Shown: piece by piece, positions 37,309 to 50,674 of the stretch | Numbering within the stretch: the stretch's first letter is position 1 | Layout of the letters: every line of letters starts with the position of its first letter | Assembly (NCBI RefSeq): GCF_003704095.1 | Contig: NW_020843829.1 | Coordinates: 1,488,001-1,552,000 of the forward strand | Length of the DNA stretch: 64,000 nt | Direction of reading: 5' to 3' | Source: Pocillopora damicornis | Taxonomy: Eukaryota | The notes under the pieces: generated by a model | What the model was told of the DNA's origin: nothing | Databases searched by the model: none | The model's input: the letters and a program-made list of their open reading frames with translations, nothing else | Program-made: the position numbers and the translations under genes

Positions 37309-40300
37309 TCAAGGTTCACTCATTCCGTCGCATTCCACAACAACCTTGATGAACATTGTGTTATCTTTGATGTACTCTCCTTTCTCGATGTCTTCGTGTG
37401 CAGCAAATTTTCCAGAGCCGAAGCTAGGATTTTTGTTGGTCCTGGGCCTGCCAAGAAACGGCTCGTTTTCAGGACACACATTTGGTTTAACTGAAAACAT
37501 AATGTGTTTCCGTTTGGAAAGGTCTTTGTTCTGATCCAATAGATAGAACGTGGTGCGGTAGTTGTATGGCCACTTTAACAGCGAATCGTATATTCCTATG
37601 AAATACAACAAATAAAAGTATCAAAAATAATTATTTCCCTTTTTAGAGCGAACACTTCTAAACAGCCTAGCCTGCCACGAGCCTCCTTTAGCTCAGTGGT
37701 AGGGGGTCCGATTGGGAGCACTCTGAGTTTTCTTTCTCCAAGTATTCCTATATCATTCCTTGAAAAATGTCTTCGTTTATTTAAGACGTCTTATAATTGT
37801 TATCGGAATGGAAACGCGTACCATCCTTTGTCAACATGAACCTTTATCACTGGTGACTGACGAATATAACATGTATTGCTCCTTTAGTTGTAAACTTTGT
37901 TAAGACGCGACCTCAGCCAATCTTGACCTATTTCAATAGCCTTTTCTGAAGATCGTTCTTGTTTGAGGCCCACGTATATCGTACGTTGCCAACTTACCTT
38001 GAACAACGCTAATAAACACAGATAAATGCGTTCCCTTCCCTTTGCCGTCTCCGTTCAAACAAGCGGAAGCCATTAGTCGGTATCCATTCCTACTCGTGTA
38101 GAACTCTGGACTAAATATCGTGTCCAACTCTCCGCTCTTTGCCGATTTTAACTTCCGGTGATAGTCGTCGATCCTCCAGATCAACTGGCTGTTAGTAATG
38201 CGTTCCAGGTCCTCGATGCGCTTTTGCTGTTGGCTGATTGTGTCCATTTGTTCTTTAAGAAGGACTTTGGATTCCAGAAGTTCTCTTTTCTGGTCCATGA
38301 CAACGCCATGGAGCATTCTTACGTGATTGATCAGCTCACTTTTGTGGTGTTTGGGTAGTTTTTCTCGGTTGCACTGCAAGAAATAAATACTTCGACCACT
38401 TAAAAAGAGCATGGTTCGATTTTTTTTATGAACCTGCAGTTTTAGGATTGCACTTACTCTGTGAACGCAGCCAATGTCTTCGTATTCACAGGTCATTTTT
38501 GTCTTAGGACACTCCTCACCGACGTGATAATCTAACTGCAACGTAAATTATCACATGAGCATAAGAACTTCATATCTAAAAAAGTAATGTTAGTTGTTTT
38601 CTGGGAAGACAATCTGTCTCTTTTTAAAACGTCGCTGTCGATACCTTCAACCGAGAGAAAACAATTCTGATTTTTCTTGCTTCAACATGATTTATGTCCT
38701 CGTCCTTATTATGTTCATTCCAGTCTCCTTATTGTTTCCATCAAATTCTTATCGCAATTATTATCGTCTTCATTAACATCATCTTCGACGTTTTTGTTTT
38801 TATTGCGATTGTCTTCAGTGATATTGCCGTCATCGTTTCCACCATTTTAACAACAACAGTAACAACTATATAAATCTTCGCCCTTGCATGTACCCCTCAC
38901 CTGATCCCTTGTGATAACAAGTTTCTTTTCACATTTGTTGGGACACGGCATTGGAAGCTTCAGGCAATCCTCCATATGCATCTAAAACAGGTGATACATT
39001 CAAGAGAGCTTAGAGTTGAGTGAAAAGGTGACGAGAGGGGAAGTCACTTCTCAAAACATTACTGTATGTGAGGAAAGTACTAAGTCATCAAAATAGTCTA
39101 TCGGCTTTGTATATAGTTTTTTCTGGCGTTTTGTTGGATAAAAGTGACACAATGAATAGCAAAGAAAAAGAGTCAGATTTGGAACCGCAACGCTCTTTCC
39201 CTTTTTTCGTCACAATTCTTTGCACTGCTTCATTTATCACTTTGGCACCTTGACAGTATAATTCGAGTGCTCTATAGGGCATTTCTGTGGGAAAAATCGA
39301 ACTACAGTTACTGAAAGCACTTAAAACCCAAGTCAATATATGTAACTTAACATGACGCCCAGATTTGAAAAACCGATGAAGTAGGAGATATCTCAATTTC
39401 CTCGACTCGGTTTACCTCTCAGTTTTCAAATAACCTGGATAATAAGCCAACCTTTCTTTCCTCCCTAAGATGTCTGTCATCACAGTAAGGACAGACAATT
39501 ATCTTCTTTGGACAGTCTCTGTCTACATGCTTCTGGAAAAATCGTTTTTGAAATTTTGCTCCGCACTCGTACGAACACAACATTTCCACAAAATCGCACT
39601 CAGCAGCATGTTTCTACAAATACAAAAGAAAAAAGACTCGACGTTATCGAAACTCGCAGTGTATTATTTTAACAAAACCCTGATAGAGCGGCTTTTTTAA
39701 AAACAAATGCAAAGGTACGCGGAAATACTTTTGTATGCTTTATATTTAGTGAATTTACCTCAAGGGAGGAGTATCGTCACTTCAACCTCTTGGTGACGAA
39801 AGAGCACACCAACCAGGAGCTCATTAATTAATGGGCTCCTGCACCAACTAAGTGTTTTGAGGGATTTCAAAATGGAATGGTATTTTTCTGATAATTCTTG
39901 TCAGATCCCTACAGAATGACTGGGTCAAGAGAGGATCTTAATTCTTTGTTATATCGGTTTTGACTGATCATTGTAAATTAAATTTCCTCGAGATTAAGAA
40001 TAGAAAATCATTCTTGGAAACCAAATAGTTCATATTACCTGAACAGTTTCAAACTCGCCTTCCCATTTGCAGCCCCATTCGTGATTGTTGCATTTGACAT
40101 CAAGCGCTAAAATTTCCTTATGGAACGCTTTGTCCACATACGACTAAAAAAAAGAGGAGAAAAATGTTGTTAGTGAAATTATATGCTATTATGAAGTACT
40201 CTGTCAGCGGACGTCTAAGTTCTTTACTGCTCAGGACGATCGGTCCGGCTAATATTGATCTTAGCCCGGAACATTGGAAACTTAAGATTTATATTACAAT

Positions 40301-42220
40301 ACAGTCGTAAAAAAGGTCTAATTTTCTAATTGCTCCTTTGAAAGCTCTTAATAGAAAAAAAAAGTAAGCAGAGTTTCCAATAAAAAGACCGGTTGACTTA
40401 AAATATGGATGTGGCATCCGTTTTCTCATGTTTTGTTACTTACCGCGTCCTTGTCAATCGGATGCATGCCGATTGGGCATCTTGGCTCGACTCTGTTAAT
40501 AAGAAATTATTTCATGTGGGTGAAATTAACTTCCAAACTACATCCATGTAGTTTTGCGGATAAAAAAATTTATCTCGTAATAAATCATAAGATGATTTCA
40601 CTCATTCACAAGAACTTACTTCCCCTCAGTCTACCCCCCACCTGCTTTTCCCTTCTTCCAAACCCGATCGATTAAACCCAGGAGGCCGACGAGAGAAGGG
40701 AAAAATGGCGGACTTGTTCTGGACTTGCTCTTCGACCGCCCGGTTTCAACTCCTCTGCAGGGTACGGAAGGGAGATTTCAGGGTTTAGGGGAGTTTAGAG
40801 GGGTAGATCAGTTTCCAAGAAGCCAAAGGGTCCAGTCGTAATAATTGTAACGAATGTGGGTAACCTCACCTTATTATCGACGGGAAGCAATTCCCGCATA
40901 CTCTGTGTCCACATTCTTCAAATTGCACAGGGTTTAGGAGCACATCTTTACAAACGGGACATTGGTATTTTTCATCCAATGGGAAAACGAATGTCACGTT
41001 AATCTTTTCTCTTGGCTGTTGCTGGCTCGGAGAGGATGGGCTTGCCTGACCGCTGGTTGGTCTAGGACTGATGAGACTAGGTAAGCTTCCGGAACCAATT
41101 AGTCCCTCCTGTGTTTATTGGAAATATCAAGTTCTGCTTAGCTTGGGAGTTTTTTAATGAGGCAAACCAAACATAACGGCGGGGGGCAAAGTAAAATGAA
41201 GCGAGCACAAAACACAAAAATAGAACCAATTACCAGCTCAATCAAAAACAGTGACAACAACTTTAACAAAAATGACGCCAAATTCAAAAATCAAAAGGGA
41301 GGGCGTAAAAAATTATGGAAAAGAATAATAATGAAGTGCCACGAACAAACAAGCGTGGGTTCAAATTCCTTCTGTAATGGAAGTTTTGGCTCGTACTTTC
41401 TTTCTGATCCTTATTGTTAAGAAACAGGAATAATGATAACGATTATGATAATAATAATAATCGTTATCATCATGACACTAATAACCATAATGATGAACAG
41501 TTATAACAGCAATAGTGATAACAGTAACAACAACGAAAAACAATGATACAAGATTGTAATGAGACATTTCTATAATATGAAGCGAGGATAAGGTTTTGAA
41601 TTTCGCACATACTTCAACAAACGTGATAATACTCACAACTAAAAGGAATTTCAGCGCGGACTAAAACAAAATGGTTCTTAACCATAAGCTTCATTTACTA
41701 CTATGCATATTAAAAATTTATTATTTTTTTTCGGAGCTACTAATTGCCGACTTTTAATTTTATCATCGAATGTCCTCAGAAAATATTACAAGATCAGAAA
41801 AGTCGTGACACAAGAAGAAAAGAAAAGTATCGCAGAGGGAACAAATTAAGTACACTAAGTAAAGTTATCCTTCCAAAATATTTTTTCAGTACCGCATTGA
41901 AGTGTTGACCTGACAACCAACAATTAAGAGGGAATATGTACTACGAAATCGGTTTTCGAAAAGAAAACTATACTGATTAGTTTAAAGGCCATTTTTTATC
42001 TGTGTTTTTACTAAGGAGCCCAATGGTACGTCTTTTAAGTAATTCTCGTCGTAAAGCAAAAAGTGGAAGTCAATTTTTTATGAGTGGCCGGTTAATTAAA
42101 GTGTATTGCATTCATTTAACGTTCTGATTTGAGCCCTTAAAAACAAATATTTTACCTCACCTCTTTTCCTTTTGCCACGGAGATGAATTCATTCAGTGAC
42201 TTTTCACTTTTATTTTCCAT
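37309..42220 (-). CDS. TRAF family protein (TRAF-C), paralogue of TRAF-B; 9 exons, ~478 aa
   Basis: Exons 42220-42161, 41108-40870, 40492-40444, 40143-40039, 39613-39452, 38981-38901, 38535-38458, 38373-37998, 37595-37309 (1437 nt). Intron positions match TRAF-B, five exon sizes are identical (49, 105, 78, 376, 287 nt), and the C-terminus is CDGMSEP. Confidence 0.9.
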
Positions 42221-43520
42221 TTTTCAAAGCGATTCTAAACGGAAAAGAAACTCGTTTCCTCCCGAAAAGACAATTTAACCAAGTAACAAGTAACGTTGGT
42301 GTAAAGCGTACTCTAATTCGTTTCTTTTTTAACTACCAATCAGAATTAATCTATTTTTAACCATAGCACCTGCCGCCCGCAGAGTTTATCTCTCCACCAA
42401 TCAGCTCTTTTGTTCAGTTATGAAATGTACTTTTCACAATTTTGTCGTTCACAGAGTCTTATTGAAGACGAGTCAATATTGACTTTTATATCCCTACCCT
42501 TAAGTTTATTAACTGTTTAAGGACAGAGATAAACTACTGACAGACGGAACCAAAACTTTCAAGGCGCATTCATATCTCTTTTTGATTGCTTATTATAAAA
42601 GTGTCGAGAACGCCAATTTAGCCTCTACACCTTTCATCATGGTTTTCAACTTTAATTGAGCAAATTAGATTCAAAACAATAACAACGATGAACATTAAGA
42701 CATGGAACTATCACAGAACGAAGCGCAAGCCGCCATGAACATGTACGTGTGACCCAACCGCAGTTTGCACTTACACGTTGCACATTGATCGGTTGAGGAT
42801 GACGTGTTTTGTCATAGGAAAGGGAAGCAAAAGCATTCTGGCAACCTAATCTCCTTTAATTATTCACCTCGAATGTAAGAAACATGTTTGACACAAGCAA
42901 TATATTTAAACAGTTGAGATAAACAGGTGCGAAGACCGCAAATGAACTCACTCGTCATTCTTTTGTTACTTTGTAACTTCCCAATGCGGATCTAAACTTG
43001 TTGGAAGAAAACAGGGAACAGATTGGTTCCATAACAAAAAATACAAATGTAAAGGAGTTTTCTTTGACAACGCTCATGAAAATTACAATCATTTTAAACT
43101 GTACAGACCTGGGGAAATCTAAGATGACATTTACTAAACGAAAAGGAAAGAAAACTGATGGCGTCGATTGAACGCAAGAAATCCCACAACGATGTGAAAT
43201 AATCATGATGTATACAGACCCAACAACTGATCTGCTCGAAGTGAAATAACCAAAGTTGGTAATAGACCCAACATACACTTTTAACAGAATGAATTTATTC
43301 ACCAACTTTAAGTTTGCACCCAAGCAATGTTTCGTCGATGTATCGTTTCAAACCTTTTACGCAAAACGTAACGCAGAGCCTAACGTGTAAGATTGTCGAT
43401 CGGAAGCAACAAAACCGTTTGACTAGAGCACCTTGCCCTATGCAGTGATAAATAACACATAATAGCACGTACGTATGGTGAACGAACTTTCTAGATCACT
43501 AGATACTACGTGGGTAAATA

Positions 43521-43551
43521 ATCGATTGATTGATTGATTGATTGATCGATT
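43521..43551. repeat. (GATT)n microsatellite
   Basis: ATCGATTGATTGATTGATTGATTGATCGATT read directly. Confidence 0.85.
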
Positions 43552-43817
43552 AAAAAGCTAACACTTGACTACCACGGCAACAGCTAATCCGATTAGTTTT
43601 GGGAGATTTTAGTAGGATTAGAGGGGATTCTCATGGGACCATAGTTTTAAGAGCATTTGGGTCTCTACTCTCTCAAGCAAACTCTCTCTTTAGGTTCGTC
43701 ACGAATTTCTTTCCTATGTTCATGGGGCTAAGTTGCGATTTCCGTGCCAGTTTGATTGTTGAAAATGATTCTCGCATTTGTAATAAGTGTCAGAGACGAG
43801 GACGGGAAGGGTTCTTC

Positions 43818-46800
43818 CTATAGCACGCAAAACTGTTTAAGTTCGTTGTTGTTCGATATGGAAAAAGTCTTCATATGATTATTTGAGCCCATTTTGGTGG
43901 ATTCCTGTCTGTCATGGTTCATTTTAAAACCATTCAAATGGTGTCCATTACGCCCCTGTGCTTTAACCAGATTTGTAAGCCTTTCTACTTCATTGGCCAG
44001 CGTTTCGATAACTTTTTTGCACCTCCTTCGTTCCTTGTTTATCGATGAATTAAGTTCTTCGATTTTCCTTTCTAGTTCTTCGTTCCTCTCGCGTTCACTA
44101 TCGATCTGAAGATACAGTTCTCCGATTTTCATTTCGAGCTCACGTATCTCCCAATCGGATTCAGGCTCCCGATTCGTGTCCTTAACTTCTACTTTGGTTT
44201 CCTTCGCAGTTAACTGCTGTTTTAACTGCAAAAGAGAAAGTTAAACATTCGTCAACGCTTTGTTGGTGTAGATCACTTTCATAGCCTTAACTATGCAAAC
44301 AAAAAGAATCAATTCTTCTTCTCAACTGGGGGTGAGTCTTGCTAAAGTTATTAGAGCGGGCATGGTAAGCGTAGATCCCGTAAGGCTTACGAGCAACCTT
44401 AAGGTTTAATGTAAGTTAAATGTATTTTAAGTTTTTTAAGATTGTCATTAGAATACGGATTTACATTCTCCATCTCTAAGCATCCTCGTTACTTTGTGGT
44501 ATATAACTAACTCTCCAGCACTCGTTTGCTCAAGCAAACCATTACGTTCAGGTTTCACTCTATAGAAAAGCAGTTGTCTTCTCACAAGAAATAACCCAAA
44601 CAATCGTGCAGTAACTCCTTCTCATAGACGTTGAAGTAGAGAGTTACTGCATCCTAAGTCTGGATGCAAGCCTACCTTCTTGTAACTCCTGCCAGTTTTC
44701 TCAAGGGACTTGTAGGTCTTGATGTATTTTGCGTGCTGCACCTGCGCCATTTCTATAGTTCTCATGGCAGCAACTGCGCACAGCTGACTGGCATTACTCT
44801 TAACCAAGTGATCAAACGAGGAGTCCTTACCAGACTCCCACTCATCAAAATGTTCTTCCCATAGTTCTTCTTCATAGACGTTATCTCGCCCCAGGGCTAA
44901 GACGGGGTCGTGCTGCTCTTTCCGGTTTAGCAGAGTTAATTTTTCATTGAGAATATCCTGATTTCGTTTGTCCTCCTGGTAAATAGAATGAAATGAGTAA
45001 AGAGATATCAATAAAAACCGCGAACAAGAAACTATAGTACACAGCCAACATTTTCCACATTAACCTGAGCAGACTCTAAAAAAGAAAGTTTCTGTTAAGA
45101 GATTTGACTCTCAGGCAAAAAATATAATTATTAATTATTAGCAAACATTACTTGTAGATATATCAATTATGACTCAAAAATATTGTGAGGATTCACTCAA
45201 AATCGGATAAATAATACTAAAAAGTTCTTAAACCGCATAACTTTTATTATAGGACTAACGAGGAACGTCTGAAAGCGGCGGCAGTTATGATGAAAGCAGA
45301 AAGAATCCTTGTCTGTGAAAAATCGGATTAACTTAAACCTCTTCATTAAATGAACGATTGCACTGAAAAGAAAACATAGACTGAATCGTACAGAATACCT
45401 CATAAATGATTCATGCTTCCAAGATCCATGACATTAAGAACCCGTGCTAACAACAATCCGAAATTCTAATTATGAAGAACAATTATTGAAGCAGATGTTA
45501 TTATAATTACTATCATTGCTGTGCAGAACGCATCTTTTTCATAGGCAAACAAATGGTTTCCTTTGCATTGTGAAACGAACAAAAATATGTTGAATAACAC
45601 GCTATTTATGTTTAAAACCACAGAGTTCCAGCACGTGATAAAAAATCTATTTTCTTCTATAGCCCCCACTGTTAAAATAACTCAAACCATCAGAACGTGA
45701 TCTTTTGGTTTGATGAAGATAGAAAGTTCACTTGTCACGAACAATAGCGAAATGTCAGGATCATGCCGTCTCAGAAGTCCTTGGGGTAAGAAATATGTGA
45801 TAAATTTGAACGGAACAGCGGGGCTCCAGCAGTGTCTTTAGAAATACGTTTGATGTCTGTCAAAAAAAAAATTTAGACCGGCAAATTAAGCCCACGTAGC
45901 CTCAGTGGAACAAATTTTGTGACACTATTTCGCTAGACCCTCAGGGTAAAAGCGAAATTGAAACAATATTACCGAAACTTTGTGGTTTTATCACTAGCTC
46001 CGTTGACGAATCAGGTCACTCAATATCGACTGAAAACTTTTAAGTCACAACGAAAGCGGTTAATTGAAAATCAGAGCGAAATCTGTATTTAAAAGCTAGA
46101 AGATCACGGCAAATTCCTAAATAGAAACTTGGAGATCTACGCAATTCCCACTGCAACAAGCTGGCGATAGACTATAGTTCCCTGACCTTCCGATAAGAAG
46201 TCATTTCGTACACTCACGTTCTCGCAAAGAAGGAAAAAAAACTATGCGCGAAATTTCCCACGCTTTCCATTATGAGAATTGATTGAATCGTAAGGGAGCT
46301 ACAGCAATCGATGATTAACACAGCATTTTTTCTTCGAGTATGGAAACTAATTTTATAAAATTCTTATCAAAGAATCTCCGAACCTGATGACCACACAACG
46401 AAAGAAGAATACGATCGAATCCATTAAAGCAAATATACAAATGTAGACTCATTTATCAAATGACGGAAACGGAGTTTTGCCCAGCTTGCATGTGGCTTCC
46501 CGCGCAAGTGTTATTTACAAAAAAATACTCGGTCGAGTTGAGCCATACTCAAGAAAAACTTAAGAGAACGACGGGCTTTACTATCTACGATCACTGACTA
46601 GCTTATTATCAAACAAGATTTTAAAAGCGATACTTGATCGCGAAGGACGGATCGAAATTCGGTCGCCTCAACGAATAGTAAATTCAAGACGGAGGTTATA
46701 AATTAGTGATGAAAACAATACGCTTGTGTGATGTCGCAAAGTTAACGCAAATTCGCTCCTCAATGTAAAGCGACATGCAACATATTTTGCATCCAGCTCA

Positions 46801-47208
46801 CTTACGTGACAAAGCAGGTTATGAAAGAATAGCGGAGGGACTTTGAAACTGCGCTCAGAAAATAGTCTTTAACGTCAAAATTCTAATATCCATATATCGA
46901 AAACATTCGTAGAATAGAACACTCGAAGATCTAATATTGAATGTTGAAGCTATTCCGTAACGAAAAGAAAACCATTTGAAAAGAACTCATTCAAACTCAT
47001 ACACGCGTATTTGCGTGTATATTTCAGCTACTTAACGATCAACACGACAAAAATAACATCAAAAGTGTACAATACGAACCAGCAACAATTCAATGATCTC
47101 CTCTTTGAGTTGAAGTTCTGCCTCTAAGAACAGCAACAATTTCATCATATTCTCGAACCTGCTCTGATCTCCGGTATTGTAGTATCCTTCACAAGGAGAA
47201 AAAGCCAT
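43818..47208 (-). CDS. Short coiled-coil protein with CortBP2/FILIP-type N-terminal domain (CTTNBP2/CTTNBP2NL/FILIP family-like), 3 exons, ~278 aa
   Basis: Exons 47208-47080, 44975-44676, 44225-43818, all phase 0; start context GCCATGG. LLLFLEAELQLKEEIIELL and DPVLALGRD resemble the family motifs LLSILEGELQARDEVI and DPFLALQRD. Heptad-rich C-terminal half. Confidence 0.65.
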
Positions 47209-48417
47209 GGCAGTAAGCGGCCGGTAGTTGGTACGCCGTTGACTTGGGAGATGAAACAAAGTATTGTGACAAAGTAAACCAAAATAAAAGCGAAAGTTCT
47301 CTAGCCCTCCGTCACATCTGTTGACGGTCAACTTTCTGCACTCTAATGACGTGCAAAATTCCCTTTTGTTTCGCGGAACCCAAACTTAATTGTCATTCAA
47401 TTGAACACAAACATTTGCTGTTACGTCAGACGGCAAAGGCAAACTGATATTTAGGGCCCAGTACAAGTCGGTTGTCCTTTACCTCTGAATTCCGGAACTT
47501 GAAGGCGATATAATTCTTCTAGCTACGTAATATCCTTAGACTCTTTTACTTTCCAAATTGCAATTTATGCTCTCGCCTCCAAGCAACTTGTTTTTGTGTG
47601 ACAAAAGAATTTTTTTCTTCAATTATGACAGACAATGGAATCACAAGATTTAGCCATTCAGAGCTTTGTGGATCGAGAATCGATATGTGCATGTCAAATT
47701 TTTGAACGACATCTCAAGAGCATGGATATAAAGCACAATATGTAATAATCTATCGGCAAGTTTTGGCCCGAATAGCCAAGATACGTTTTAAGATTGAACG
47801 TGATGATAAATAAGTCATATCATAAACTATGCGTGAGGCGAAAATTAGTTATTGAAAAGCGATAAGGACATAGCCATTGATAAGACCACAAAACCAAAGA
47901 TAAAACTGTTCTTTATCCCTGGCAAATTTCTAGGGTTTCTTGGAGACTAAGTGTCAACGAAGGAAAAAATGATACAACACGTGTAGGAGCTTTACGTTTC
48001 ATGGGTACCGAAAAAGCATTAGCGCATCAGAGAGAAGGAAAAATTCTCAGAGAACACTCGTGTTAAGGGTCTCAATACTTTTGCAAAGAAGCTGAAAATT
48101 CTCTTAAAATCATTATTTTTATTGGAATGGTTTGGAAGGTAGATTTCCCTAGTTTTCTCTATTGTGAGATCTTAAAGACTTTTCATTTGCCAGTTTTCCT
48201 TTTTTCTGAAACTTGAATAATCATGTGTCCACTCACGGGTCCACTCTTGTCGAACTTTTTTCGGGTTTTTCTTTGTTCCTTTTTGCTTCGTTTTCCTTTT
48301 AGTTGCTTTTGATGTTTGGTATGTTATTCTACGAGTATTACTTTAATCTTACGTTGTAAAAACACATGCTTTTTATCACGATACTCTTGTGCTTATTTTT
48401 ATTCAAATATCAATATT

Positions 48418-48421
<4 letters not shown>

Positions 48422-48448
<27 letters not shown>
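48422..48448. repeat. (TTA)n microsatellite
   Basis: About nine TTA units read directly. Confidence 0.9.
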
Positions 48449-48718
48449 ATTGTTAATAGGGTAATATAAACTTGAAATTCTTCGTCATCTGCTGTATCTT
48501 ACTGATGAATTGTATGGGATCACGACGTTGATCACGGGACGCCGAAAATAATTGCAAAGAGATTGAACTTTCGACACGGGTACATTTATAGACTTACTCT
48601 GTGGGAGTCTACTGAAGTATTAAATTGGTTCTTTCAACAACTATGAAAATAGCGCTTTTCTACGAGGTGACGGAAACACGATTTTACACCAGTGACAAAA
48701 TAAGAGAAATCCTCTTAC

Positions 48719-49500
48719 CTTCGGAAGGAGCCACATCCGTTCTTTGCTATTCAATTTTTTTCCGATTTTCTGTGCGAGTCATAGCTGTCAATCGTTCCGG
48801 AAAATCTTCATCGAAAAATTTCTGCGGATTCAATCTCAGTTGACCCTAAGGAAGGCCTTGTAACTGTTTGGCATGCATTATGCAAATTTTGCGAGCCTCG
48901 TGTTTTAGAACTTACGCCGTCTCATTTTGATGTAGACAGTGGTAGTTTTGCATCATGTACTTGTGTGGTAAGCCCATAGTTTAAACAGTAGCAGCCTTGC
49001 AACACAAGTTTGGTAAGAGGTCCGTTTAGTTTGAGATCAACACCTAGTGAAGAGGCTCTCAGACAGACACACCCATTTGATGATGGGATTACCTGTCACC
49101 ACATGTTCTTCATTGCAATCGAATCGTTCTGTTTTGTTTGGACGAGTCTTGAAGGGATACACTATCTCCTTGACTTTGCCCAACCTTTCTGACAGGCAGA
49201 TGGACGTGGGACGGCGCTAGTGTTCCGAATTATTGAACAAAAGCGTCACGCCATACGCCACTTCACCTTGGTGCACGTCCACAATTCGCTTGACCTCCAG
49301 CCGTCACTGATAAATCTGTTATCAGAAACGCGAGAAAAGAGTCCGAAAATATGCAAAGGTGAATTCTAAGGCTGCCGCATCTGCTAATCTTCTTCAATTT
49401 CCCTCTTCTTGTTTACGATACCTCACCCTTTTCAGTTGCCCTCACCTATTCGATATGGACACTCTGTCTGCCAAGCCCCATAACTTGATGTTTCACTTAA
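48719..49500 (-). ncRNA. Putative multi-exon non-coding transcript (lncRNA, or 5' UTR exons of the CortBP2-like gene)
   Basis: Minus-strand GT-AG introns at 49445-49316, 49266-49189, 49092-48996 and 48915-48846. The joined exons contain stops in the frames I followed. Confidence 0.3.
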
Positions 49501-50674
49501 GGTACTGATGAGGTGTACTAATATTGTTGCTGTGGGTAGGGAAACAGGTTTCGTCGGTTTTTAAAAATGACAAAGACGCTTTAGTTAAGCAAAGCTAAAT
49601 GAAGAATATTCTTAAGGAATCACGGAGGGTTCTAACTGGAAGCAACGAAACGAACTCGAGACTCGAGATCGCCCGCTGAACATTTGAGGTTTGGAAAACG
49701 ACAGGGAACAGCGCATACAGCAACAAACAAAAACGATCTTTCTTTCGACATACGATAACTAAGAAGTTAACAAAAACGTCGAGTCCACAATAATATTTTA
49801 ATAAACTTTGCGCTAATCTATTTCATTATTACAATAAAAGATAATAAATGCCTTCTGTGGTAAAAATAATCAGCGAGTTAAGTCTCACTACAGACTTTTA
49901 GAATTAAATAATAATTACAATTTTAATCTGATTAAGAAGCCAAAAACATAAATATGACTTAATTTCAAACTCACGGCATTAAAATAGCTATTTCAATATG
50001 AGACTAATGTAACAAATCTGATCTTCTTTTTAATAATTTTAATGATATTAATACTTAAATAATCATTGCAATGTAATCTCTATGTAATCTCACAGTACTG
50101 TTCATAATGGGGTGCGATTTGCGGTCTCAATAAGATACATTGAACCTACTTATTGACTACCACACTGGAGCAATCATTGAAAGACTGTCACTTGTTACTT
50201 TTATGGAAGTTAATTTGCCTACAACGGAAAAATCATTTGCCAAATAAGTCACATGGTAAACCGAAAATGCCTTAACATTCACTTCCTATATTCAGTATGA
50301 GTTGAGACCATGCTATGATAAACCAGTAGGATATTGTTGTGACCTTCAATTCTTAAATGACAGATCTATGCAAAGTATAAAATGAAGTAAAACATCTGCA
50401 CTCTGTGGGTAGAGCCTGAAAAGTTCAACTTCATTTGAGAATAACTTGGATTTATGTTGGATTAATTGGCTGACTACATGGGATATTTTGTTGGATAATG
50501 ATTTTTTAGCTTTGCTGAACTCCTGTCATTTATTTCTTTTGACATACAGATATTTCCCTAACATGCAATATTTTTAAAAGGACAATTGTCTAAGAGAATC
50601 AGTACCCTTGGTGGCAAGAAGAGCAGACTCCTTGAGGTCAAAACATGCTCACTGGGAGCTGAAGTGCTCCTGCA

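Noticed and set aside
42955-43323. 122-aa minus-strand ORF
   Set aside because: Non-ATG start, no splice context or domain; lies in the probable 3' UTR or intergenic region downstream of the CortBP2-like gene.
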